A DNA stretch of 47,475 nt from Minisyncoccota bacterium. Lineage in GTDB: Bacteria; Patescibacteriota; Minisyncoccia; Minisyncoccales; UBA5738. Below are positions 35,963 through 44,271 of the stretch, in pieces. How positions within the stretch are numbered: the first letter of the stretch is position 1; each line of letters starts with the position of its first letter. The translations under genes and the position numbers were made by a program. Location of the stretch: assembly GCA_041663885.1 (NCBI GenBank), contig JBAYLX010000001.1:1-47475 (forward strand), given 5' to 3'. The notes under the pieces were generated by a model. That model saw only the letters and a list, made by a program, of their open reading frames with translations, ran no database searches and was not told the DNA's origin.

Positions 35963-38178
35963 CTCTAATAGGCATATTCAATTTCTACTTTTGTAGATTT
36001 CATTCCAAGATATATAATTACCCGCTCTAATAGGCATATTCAATTTCTACTTTTGTAGATTAGCAACGATGACGACACCGAAGTCGCTCTAATAGGCATA
36101 TTCAATTTCTACTTTTGTAGATAAGGCCGCCCATCGTTGCGCGATAGGCCTCTAATAGGCATATTCAATTTCTACTTTTGTAGATAGGACGCGCAGATAC
36201 CTTGTACCGCGTCTCTAATAGGCATATTCAATTTCTACTTTTGTAGATATTTACAAATTTATCCTCAATTTCGACTCTAATAGGCATATTCAATTTCTAC
36301 TTTTGTAGATAATGCGGATGTTTTTCGAGGTGTATCTCTAATAGGCATATTCAATTTCTACTTTTGTAGATTCGTACGCGATATGACATTTGCAACATAC
36401 TCTAATAGGCATATTCAATTTCTACTTTTGTAGATTTTCGGGCTTTTTAGTTAGTCTGCCGACTCTAATAGGCATATTCAATTTCTACTTTTGTAGATAA
36501 AATGATCTCCTTTCCTGGTATTTGGCTCTAATAGGCATATTCAATTTCTACTTTTGTAGATAATCCTATCTTGCGCCCAACTTCCAACCTCTAATAGGCA
36601 TATTCAATTTCTACTTTTGTAGATATTCGCCGTCATCGACGGCGGTGCCCCTCTAATAGGCATATTCAATTTCTACTTTTGTAGATTGGCGATAATTCGC
36701 AAACGTGGAAACTCTAATAGGCATATTCAATTTCTACTTTTGTAGATTTGGACAGTCTTTGCGGATTTGATGGACTCTAATAGGCATATTCAATTTCTAC
36801 TTTTGTAGATATTTTGGCTATCGCGTCATTGCGATGCTCTAATAGGCATATTCAATTTCTACTTTTGTAGATTCGCATAACTAAATCCGTATTTGCTGAC
36901 TCTAATAGGCATATTCAATTTCTACTTTTGTAGATCGTGGTCTGATAATACGCGGGCAATCTCTAATAGGCATATTCAATTTCTACTTTTGTAGATTACC
37001 ACTTGGGACAAAACCCCTTGTGCCTCTAATAGGCATATTCAATTTCTACTTTTGTAGATTGAAGGCAAACACCCATTTTGTATTTCTCTAATAGGCATAT
37101 TCAATTTCTACTTTTGTAGATCCGCGCCTTGCAACGCCTTTGTGCCCCTCTAATAGGCATATTCAATTTCTACTTTTGTAGATTTGGTTGGTCATTGTTT
37201 TGTAATTAACTCTAATAGGCATATTCAATTTCTACTTTTGTAGATTAAAACTATGGCAATAAAAGAAAAAGACTCTAATAGGCATATTCAATTTCTACTT
37301 TTGTAGATAAAAAAATGAAAAATATTTCAAAAAACTCTAATAGGCATATTCAATTTCTACTTTTGTAGATTTGGTCATATCTCATTTTTAAATTATCTCT
37401 AATAGGCATATTCAATTTCTACTTTTGTAGATATTGAGCTTGAGATAGGTTAGATGTCTCTAATAGGCATATTCAATTTCTACTTTTGTAGATTCGACTT
37501 TTTGGACTCCTACGAAACGCTCTAATAGGCATATTCAATTTCTACTTTTGTAGATGAGTACCCCTGTTGCACCTTGCCTCTTGCTCTAATAGGCATATTC
37601 AATTTCTACTTTTGTAGATAAATTTTCCTCCCCCATTTTGTTATCTCTAATAGGCATATTCAATTTCTACTTTTGTAGATTGATAACCTAAAATCTTCCT
37701 CCCTGGCTCTAATAGGCATATTCAATTTCTACTTTTGTAGATAAGTGCTATCCGCGGGTTAAATCAAGCTCTAATAGGCATATTCAATTTCTACTTTTGT
37801 AGATCCAAGACTCCATTGCTTTGTGGAGTCTCTAATAGGCATATTCAATTTCTACTTTTGTAGATAGGTAGGACAGTTTATTGTGCTGTCACTCTAATAG
37901 GCATATTCAATTTCTACTTTTGTAGATGGGATGGTGCTTTTTGCATAAAACACGCTCTAATAGGCATATTCAATTTCTACTTTTGTAGATTTAAAGTGTT
38001 TGTGCTTGCCGCGGTGACTCTAATAGGCATATTCAATTTCTACTTTTGTAGATGTTGACGCGCATACCACATTTCGGACCTCTAATAGGCATATTCAATT
38101 TCTACTTTTGTAGATAATTTAGGTTTGTGCAAATTCAAACGCCTCTAATAGGCATATTCAATTTCTACTTTTGTAGAT
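35963..38178 (+). CRISPR. Type V-A CRISPR array: 36 identical 36-nt repeats and 35 spacers of 25-28 nt
   Basis: The repeat is CTCTAATAGGCATATTCAATTTCTACTTTTGTAGAT. Every unit was walked: 35963, 36025, 36087, 36150, 36213 ... 38143. Spacer lengths are 25 (x6), 26 (x15), 27 (x12) and 28 (x2). The total reconciles exactly to 2216 nt. Confidence 0.98.
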
Positions 38179-38230
38179 ATAGCAAAATTGTTTATGTGGT
38201 TTTTTGATTTGTGCGTTAAATGTTATATTT

Positions 38231-38266
38231 AAATCGTATTTGAATACGATTTAAATACGATTTTTT
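38231..38266 (+). terminator. Hairpin(s) with a T-tract downstream of the array (candidate array terminator and/or operator of the AbrB-like gene)
   Basis: AAATCGTATT (38231-38240) can pair with AATACGATTT (38243-38252). It can alternatively pair with the second copy AAATACGATT (38253-38262), which is followed by TTTTT. Confidence 0.45.
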
Positions 38267-38282
38267 CGATAAATGAAAAATT

Positions 38283-38456
38283 ATGGATAAAAAAATTTCC
38301 GAGAAAAATATTCGCAAATTAACGCGCGCGGGAAAAGTTTCCTTGACGTTTAGCATTCCGCGCGAATTGGTGTTGGATTTGGGCTGGAAAGACGGCCAAA
38401 AAGTGGTGGTGAAAAAACGCGGCAAAGGCATTTTGGTGGAAGATTGGAAAGATTGA
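38283..38456 (+). CDS. AbrB/MazE/SpoVT-family small DNA-binding protein (57 aa; below the ORF-track cutoff)
   Basis: Hand translation gives MDKKISEKNIRKLTRAGKVSLTFSIPRELVLDLGWKDGQKVVVKKRGKGILVEDWKD*. The pattern (v)SltfsIPrel...LgwkdGqkV.v is typical of the SpoVT-AbrB swapped-hairpin domain. Confidence 0.6.
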   Translation: MDKKISEKNIRKLTRAGKVSLTFSIPRELVLDLGWKDGQKVVVKKRGKGILVEDWKD

Positions 38457-38564
38457 ATTGTTAAGAAAATATCCAAATCATAGGTATCGCGATATCCCCC
38501 ATGGGGAAAATAAAAAAATATGTTCGTATTTTAATTAAAAACAAAAAAGTTAAAAAATAATTTT

Positions 38565-39521
38565 ATGGAGGGGCGGGATAAAAACAATCAGATTATTATT
38601 TATAATACCGCGGGGGGCGAGACCAAGATTGAGGTGCGGATGAAAGACGAGACCGTTTGGCTTTCGCAGAAGCAAATGGCCGAGCTTTTTGATTGTTCCG
38701 TGGATAATGTTGGTTTGCATTTGAAAAATATTTATTTAGAGGGAGAATTGGCGGAAATTTCAACTACCGAGGAATCCTCGGTAGTTCAAATTGAAGGAGG
38801 AAGGCGGGTAAGCAGGCCAACTATGCTTTATAATCTTGACGCGATAATTTCCGTGGGCTATCGCATAAATTCTTTGCGCGGCACGCAATTTCGCATTTGG
38901 GCGACGCAAAAACTAAAAGAGTATATTATCAAGGGTTTTGTTATGGACGACGAGCGTTTGGCAGAAGGAAGAGTGAAGAAAACTTATTTTGAGGAATGGG
39001 AGGAGAGAATCAGGCGGATTCGGACTTCGGAGACCAATTTTTATCAGAAGGTCAGGGATGTTTTCGCCACCAGCGCCGATTACGATCCCAAAACGGATTA
39101 TGCCAAACTATTTTATGCCAGTGTGCAAAACAAATTCCATTTTGCCATTACGGGGCTTACCGCGGCCGAAATTGTTTCCGCGCGCGTTGACAGTCAAAAA
39201 GAAAATATGGGGCTCACGAATTGGAAAGGCGAGATTATCACCCGCGATCAGGCGCAAATTGCCAAAAATTACTTGGAAGAACTGGAATTGAAAAGATTAA
39301 ACCTATTGGTGGAACAATTTTTGTCTTTTGCCGAATTGCAAAGCGTGGAACAAAGAGTGATGTATATGAAAGATTGGGTTAAAAAATTAGATGATTTCTT
39401 AATTTTGAACGAAAAAGAAATTTTACAAAATTCCGGTAATATTTCGCATTTGGAAATGGAGCGAGTAGTAAGAGACGAGTTGGAAAAATATAATCGGAAA
39501 AAATTAAAAGATAAGAATTAA
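38565..39521 (+). CDS. RhuM-family protein (virulence/Fic-associated family, often found in mobile or defence islands)
   Basis: IIIYNTAGGETKIEVRMKDETVWLSQKQMAELFDCSVDNVGLHLKNIYLEGEL...YNLDAIISVGYRINSLRGTQFRIWATQKLKEYIIKGFVMDDERL closely matches the RhuM family consensus. Confidence 0.8.
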   Translation: MEGRDKNNQIIIYNTAGGETKIEVRMKDETVWLSQKQMAELFDCSVDNVGLHLKNIYLEGELAEISTTEESSVVQIEGGRRVSRPTMLYNLDAIISVGYRINSLRGTQFRIWATQKLKEYIIKGFVMDDERLAEGRVKKTYFEEWEERIRRIRTSETNFYQKVRDVFATSADYDPKTDYAKLFYASVQNKFHFAITGLTAAEIVSARVDSQKENMGLTNWKGEIITRDQAQIAKNYLEELELKRLNLLVEQFLSFAELQSVEQRVMYMKDWVKKLDDFLILNEKEILQNSGNISHLEMERVVRDELEKYNRKKLKDKN

Positions 39522-39527
39522 TAGGAA

Positions 39528-39553
39528 TACCGCGACGCCTTGGGCGCGCGGTA
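39528..39553. terminator. Hairpin between convergent genes (RhuM-like + / SGNH -)
   Basis: TACCGCG-acgccttgggcg-CGCGGTA. Confidence 0.45.
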
Positions 39554-39555
39554 GT

Positions 39556-40515
39556 TTATTGGGCGGGGTTTTGGGTAGTGACAGTGGAGGGTTGGGTTTG
39601 GACGGGGAGTGATAAATTTAGGTCTTGTTTTAGTTTTTCGAGGATTTTTTCTACCAGGAGGGTGCCGCCGAAGTAGCTTAGGTGGGTGCCGTCGGGGTTG
39701 CGGGTGGCGCGCATAATGCCGTTTTTGTCGGGCATAAACGGCTGGTAGGCGGTTTGGCCATCGGACATTAGTTCGGTGCTGGAAATGAATTTTGCCTGCG
39801 AGTTGTTTTTTACGGCGGCTTCCTGCAATTTCGACAGACGCTTTATCTTTGCGTCATAGGCTCCAACGCGCATGGCCGGTAGGCCAATCCAATACACGAT
39901 CGAACCGCGGTCGGTGAATTCTTTGATAAACAATTCGGCGCGGCTTTGATAGCGGCGATCCCATTCGTTAGTGCCGAAATTGATCACTTGTTTTTTTTGA
40001 TTTTCCACAACCTCAAACGATTGTGCGTCGTTGGTGCCCATCATTATGATAGCGACATTGGGTTTGAATTCGGCGATGGTTTTTTTGGCGGCTTGGTGCC
40101 AGTCGTAGAAATCGGGTCGCGACAGGCCGCTGGAAACTTTGCCTTGGCGCAAAACGGTGACATCGGAGAAACCGACCAACTCTTTTTCGGCGATGTCGCC
40201 AAAACCGCCCGCGACCGCCACGAACGAATCGCCGACCAATAAAATCCGGTAGGGTTTTTCCGGGGGCGTAAATTTAGCCGCGATCGGCGGCTCGGGCGCA
40301 GTATCGGCCGCGGATGGCGTTTGCGCCGGTTCGACCGCGTTGTTCTTTTGGAGAGATGCCGACCAGCGCGCCAGCTGCGCGCCGGCAGACTGGAACAGGT
40401 TGGCCGGGTCGGTGCCGTAGGGCGGCAGCCAGCGCAACAATTTTCCGGAATACAGAATCGGCAAGATAATGGCCAGCCCGGCGGTAAAAATGATTATTTT
40501 AGCGATGGAATTCAT
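39556..40515 (-). CDS. SGNH/GDSL-family hydrolase/acyltransferase with an N-terminal anchor (PatB/AlgX-like partner of the upstream MBOAT)
   Basis: It has an N-terminal TM helix. Block I is ILLVGDSFV, block III is IIMMGTNDA, and block V is DGTHLS. Confidence 0.75.
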   Translation of the reverse strand: MNSIAKIIIFTAGLAIILPILYSGKLLRWLPPYGTDPANLFQSAGAQLARWSASLQKNNAVEPAQTPSAADTAPEPPIAAKFTPPEKPYRILLVGDSFVAVAGGFGDIAEKELVGFSDVTVLRQGKVSSGLSRPDFYDWHQAAKKTIAEFKPNVAIIMMGTNDAQSFEVVENQKKQVINFGTNEWDRRYQSRAELFIKEFTDRGSIVYWIGLPAMRVGAYDAKIKRLSKLQEAAVKNNSQAKFISSTELMSDGQTAYQPFMPDKNGIMRATRNPDGTHLSYFGGTLLVEKILEKLKQDLNLSLPVQTQPSTVTTQNPAQ

Positions 40516-40539
40516 ATTTTTGGTTGAAGGTGGTTAGCG

Positions 40540-40648
40540 GGAATTTACATTTTGTTTTTTTATGATTGCGCGTAATTTTCTGCTGAAAATTCGCTTTCGC
40601 TTGGCCGTCGCCGGCGCGAGCATCATAAAAAAACAAAATGCAAATTCC
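40540..40648 (-). other. Long inverted repeat (27-bp arms) between the MBOAT and SGNH genes
   Basis: GGAATTTACATTTTGTTTTTTTATGAT (40540-40566) pairs with ATCATAAAAAAACAAAATGCAAATTCC (40622-40648). The single mismatch is A-C on the + strand and therefore a G-U wobble in - strand RNA. Confidence 0.6.
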
Positions 40649-40667
40649 TATTTTACCGGAATGGGTT

Positions 40668-42086
40668 TTAAAAAGAAAAATAGATAAAGGGCGGGATGGT
40701 TTGCGGGGCGAAATAATAGATGGCGCAAACTAGAATAATCCAGATTAACGGCCATAAAATATTCGGCAGGTGCTTTTGGATTTTCACCATATTTTGGAAC
40801 AATTTTCTTTCATAAATTATAAAAATCGCGATCAGCAAAATCGGCAGCAAAATGGCGGAATCGGTTGTATTCGGCGAATCAAATTTCAGCAACGCGGCCG
40901 CAAACGCGCTTGCGCGTTCCAGGTTTTCCGCGCGGAACAATATCCAACCCAATCCAACGAAAGAAAACGTTAAAAACCATCCCAAAATATTATTAATGAT
41001 TTTTGGATTGTATCTTTCGATAATAACATTGAGTTTGAATTGTTGCCAAAGCCTTTGTGCGCACAAACCGATGCCGTGCCACAAACCCCATAAGAGGTAA
41101 TGGCCGGCGGCGCCATGCCACAGGCCCGACAGCGCGAAAACAAAAATGGTATTAAGATAGCTCCGCACCGTGCCTTTGCGGTTGCCGCCCAGGGGAATGT
41201 AAATATAATCGCGCATCCAGGAATAAAAACTGATATGCCAACGGCGCCAGAATTCGGCAATCGATTTGGCACGGTATGGATATTCAAAATTAGGGGCCAG
41301 TTGGAATCCCATAAACATCGCCGCGGCGATGGCGATATCGCTGTATCCGGAAAAATCGCAATAAATTTGGAAGGTGTATCCCAGCGCGGCGAGCCACGCG
41401 GTTGCCGCGCTGATTTGTTCCGGCACGCTGAAATTATTGTCGGTCAAATTCTGGGCCAGCCAGCTGGAAACGATGATTTTTTTGAATAAACCTAAAAAAA
41501 GCATCGTCGCCGCAATATTGATCTCGCGGGGCTGTTTTGGGCCGCCATTTTTTAATTGGGGCAGGAATTCGTCGGCACGCACGATCGGTCCGGCCAACAT
41601 ATAAGGGAAAAAGGACGCGTACGCGAAAAAATCGACCACTGATGATTCCGCGGCGTATTTTTGTTTGCGGACGTCGATCAAGTAAGAAACCATTCGGAAT
41701 GAGTAGAATGAGATTCCGATGGGAAACGCGATTTCCCAAAAAGGCAAAGACGCAGTCAGTCTGATCGAGGATAAAAAAGTTTGCGCGGAAATCCGAAAAA
41801 AATCGTAATACTTGAACAATAATAAAATGCCTAAATTTCCGAAAATTCCCAACAAAAACGCACCTTTGCCGATGAAGTTATCGTTTCTAACGGTTCGCGC
41901 CAGTAAAAAAGTGGCGAGCGCGGCCATGGCGATCAATCCGGCGAAGCGGGAGTCGATCAGCCAATAATAGTAGCCGCTGGCCGCGATCAAAAAAAGTTTG
42001 CGGATAATCGGCCAAGGTTTTAAAAACCAATAAGCCGCGACAACCGCGGCCAGGAAAATGAAAAATTCAAATGTTCCAAAAATCAT
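40668..42086 (-). CDS. MBOAT-family membrane-bound O-acyltransferase (AlgI/DltB/PatA-like)
   Basis: 472 aa, polytopic. FWRRWHISFYSWMRDYIYIPLGGNRKG and the conserved His in LSGLWHGA are present. Confidence 0.88.
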   Translation of the reverse strand: MIFGTFEFFIFLAAVVAAYWFLKPWPIIRKLFLIAASGYYYWLIDSRFAGLIAMAALATFLLARTVRNDNFIGKGAFLLGIFGNLGILLLFKYYDFFRISAQTFLSSIRLTASLPFWEIAFPIGISFYSFRMVSYLIDVRKQKYAAESSVVDFFAYASFFPYMLAGPIVRADEFLPQLKNGGPKQPREINIAATMLFLGLFKKIIVSSWLAQNLTDNNFSVPEQISAATAWLAALGYTFQIYCDFSGYSDIAIAAAMFMGFQLAPNFEYPYRAKSIAEFWRRWHISFYSWMRDYIYIPLGGNRKGTVRSYLNTIFVFALSGLWHGAAGHYLLWGLWHGIGLCAQRLWQQFKLNVIIERYNPKIINNILGWFLTFSFVGLGWILFRAENLERASAFAAALLKFDSPNTTDSAILLPILLIAIFIIYERKLFQNMVKIQKHLPNILWPLIWIILVCAIYYFAPQTIPPFIYFSF

Positions 42087-42090
42087 CTAT

Positions 42091-43140
42091 TTATTCTTTT
42101 TCCAGCTCCTGTCCTAATGTTTTGGAGATTTCTTCAAGATTGCCGTTAAAGATGCTTTCGATGTCGTGCCAGTTTTTTTTGATGCGGTGGTCGGTCACCC
42201 GGTCTTGGGGAATGTTGTAGGTGCGGATTTTTTCGCAACGTTCGCCGCTTCCGATCTGTTCCTTGCGCGCGCCTCCGAAAGCCGCTTCATCGTCCAATCT
42301 TTTTTTCTCCTGAAGCCGGTATTCAAGCAAAGCCATGGCATTCTCGCGATTTTGCAGCTGGTTGCGTTCGGTTTGCGAGAAAACCGCCAAACCGGTCGGG
42401 ATATGGGTAATGCGCACTGCGGATTCGCGTTTATTTACGAATTGCCCGCCGGGCCCGGATGAGCGGCAGAATTCCACCCGAATTTCGTCGGGGCGGATGG
42501 TAAATTCGCTTTTTTTGGGCTTGGGCAAAACCGCGACCGTGGCGGTTGAGGTATGTATCCGCCCGTTTTTTTCGGTTTCAGGGATTCTCTGGATGCGGTG
42601 GACTCCGCCTTCGTATTTCATTGCTTCCCAAGCACCCTTGCCTTTTAATTCAAAAATAATCTCTTTGTAACCGCCAATCTCAGTCTGGTTGGAGTCCAGC
42701 ACTTTTTGTTTCCAGCCATTGGTTTGGCCGTAGCGCGTGTACATTCGATATAAATCGGCGGCGAACAAGGCGGCTTCTTCGCCGCCAGTGCCGCCGCGGA
42801 TTTCAACCACGATTGCGTCCGGTCCGGCCGGCTTGCTTTCGGATTTGACGATATCCTGCAAGCCGTGTTCCAGCGCCTCTTTTTGTGTTTTTAGCTGATC
42901 GTTTTCGGTTTCGGCCAGTGATGTCAATTCGGGATCTTCTTCCGACATCGTGATCAGCCGATTTTCTTCGATTTTATTGCCTATTTCCCGGATTTGGGTT
43001 TCAATTTCAATTAATTTTTCAAGATAGGATTTTCTTTTGTTGAGAATTTCGAATTTCTCCCAGTCGGAAATCAACTCAGGGTCGCTGAGTTGATTGAGCA
43101 ATTTGTCGTATTCTTCCTGATGGGACAGAGCTTGAGCCAT
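42091..43140 (-). CDS. prfA: Peptide chain release factor 1
   Basis: The GGQ motif (SSGPGGQFVNKRESAVRITHIPTG) and the RF1-type PxT tripeptide (RIPETEKNGRIHTSTATVAV) are present. Confidence 0.9.
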   Translation of the reverse strand: MAQALSHQEEYDKLLNQLSDPELISDWEKFEILNKRKSYLEKLIEIETQIREIGNKIEENRLITMSEEDPELTSLAETENDQLKTQKEALEHGLQDIVKSESKPAGPDAIVVEIRGGTGGEEAALFAADLYRMYTRYGQTNGWKQKVLDSNQTEIGGYKEIIFELKGKGAWEAMKYEGGVHRIQRIPETEKNGRIHTSTATVAVLPKPKKSEFTIRPDEIRVEFCRSSGPGGQFVNKRESAVRITHIPTGLAVFSQTERNQLQNRENAMALLEYRLQEKKRLDDEAAFGGARKEQIGSGERCEKIRTYNIPQDRVTDHRIKKNWHDIESIFNGNLEEISKTLGQELEKE

Positions 43141-43158
43141 TTTTGCCTCCTTCGTTTT

Positions 43159-43386
43159 TTACTTGGATTTTTTTGCGAAAGTCTCTTTCTTGGCGGCTTT
43201 CTTGAGGAATTTATCAACGCGGCCCATTGCGTTCACCAAGCGGGCTTTGCCGGTGTAGAACGGATGGCAGGCGGAGCAAGTCTCGGTTTCCGTGTATTCC
43301 CGCGTGGATCCGATCGTGTATGCTTTACCGCAAGAGCATTTTACTTGCGCTTGGGGAAAATATTTCGGGTGGATATCGTTTTTCAT
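43159..43386 (-). CDS. rpmE: 50S ribosomal protein L31 (Zn-ribbon type A)
   Basis: MKNDIHPKY....VKCSCG......ST......E.CSACHPFYTGK. Confidence 0.92.
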   Translation of the reverse strand: MKNDIHPKYFPQAQVKCSCGKAYTIGSTREYTETETCSACHPFYTGKARLVNAMGRVDKFLKKAAKKETFAKKSK

Positions 43387-43551
43387 AGGTTATTTTTGAC
43401 AACATGCAAAGTATATCTCAAAAAAAACAAATTGGCAAGAGCGGAGAGTTTGGTGGAAGCTTGAAAAATCGAATAGGATATGGTATGCTATTAAATCATG
43501 AATAAACAAAGGCTGTTGAACACACAGCTGATGGTCTAAAATTAAGAAACA

Positions 43552-44271
43552 ATGAATATCAATCTTTCAGCAGAGGAAATGACGAAAGCCGGGTTGCAAT
43601 TCGGCCATAAGAAATCAAGAGTCCATCCAAAGATGAAGCCTTTTATTTTTGGAGTGAGAAATACCATTTTTATCATCGACCTGGAAAAGGTGAAAGACCG
43701 ATTCCAGAACGCTTTGGACTATATTCAGGGTATGGTGGCGGAAGGAAAGACGATTGTAATCGTCGGGACGAAGACCCAATTCAAGAAAAACATAAAGACG
43801 ATTGCCGCCGAAGTCGGAATGCCATATGTCAGCGAACGCTGGCTGGGCGGTACGTTCACCAACTTCAAAATCATAAAAAAGAGAATCGACTATTTCAAGG
43901 AATTGGAACGCAAAACGCAGGCGGGTGAATTTGAGAAATACACCAAAAAAGAGCAGGCCAACATCAATAAAGAGATCAAAGTTCTGGAAAAGAAACTGGG
44001 CGGTATCAAAATGATGGATAAAATGCCGGAAGCGATTTTTGTGGTGGATATGAAAAAAGACAAACTCGCGGTTAAGGAGGCGCGCGAGAACGGCGTGAAA
44101 GTGGTTGGGATCGCGGATGTAAATATCGATCCGGATCTGGCTGACTTTTCAATAATTGCCAATGACGATTCGGTGCCGTCCGTGGTGTATATCCTGGGCA
44201 AAATAAAGGAGGCGATCTTGGCCGGAAAACAAGCGATACCTGAAGCCAAACCCGCAGTAGAAACCAAATAA
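43552..44271 (+). CDS. rpsB: 30S ribosomal protein S2
   Basis: AGLQFGHKKSRVHPKM, IFIIDLEK and YVSERWLGGTFTNF are present. Confidence 0.93.
   Translation: MNINLSAEEMTKAGLQFGHKKSRVHPKMKPFIFGVRNTIFIIDLEKVKDRFQNALDYIQGMVAEGKTIVIVGTKTQFKKNIKTIAAEVGMPYVSERWLGGTFTNFKIIKKRIDYFKELERKTQAGEFEKYTKKEQANINKEIKVLEKKLGGIKMMDKMPEAIFVVDMKKDKLAVKEARENGVKVVGIADVNIDPDLADFSIIANDDSVPSVVYILGKIKEAILAGKQAIPEAKPAVETK

Noticed and set aside
38206-38241. Possible degenerate 37th (terminal) repeat 27 nt after the last repeat
   Set aside because: Position-by-position comparison gives only about 12/36 matches. This is not above expectation for AT-rich sequence. The array is taken to end at 38178.
38216-38476. 86-aa - strand ORF from the track
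   Set aside because: It is a low-complexity, motif-less translation lying exactly opposite a + strand 57-aa ORF with a clear AbrB/SpoVT signature. It is judged a shadow ORF.
29219-39521. Prophage, transposon or CRISPR-associated transposon (CAST) interpretation of the island
   Set aside because: No integrase, transposase, Tn7-like tnsB/tnsC/tniQ, capsid or terminase genes are present. The effector has an intact RuvC triad and a full adaptation module. No flanking direct repeats were seen.
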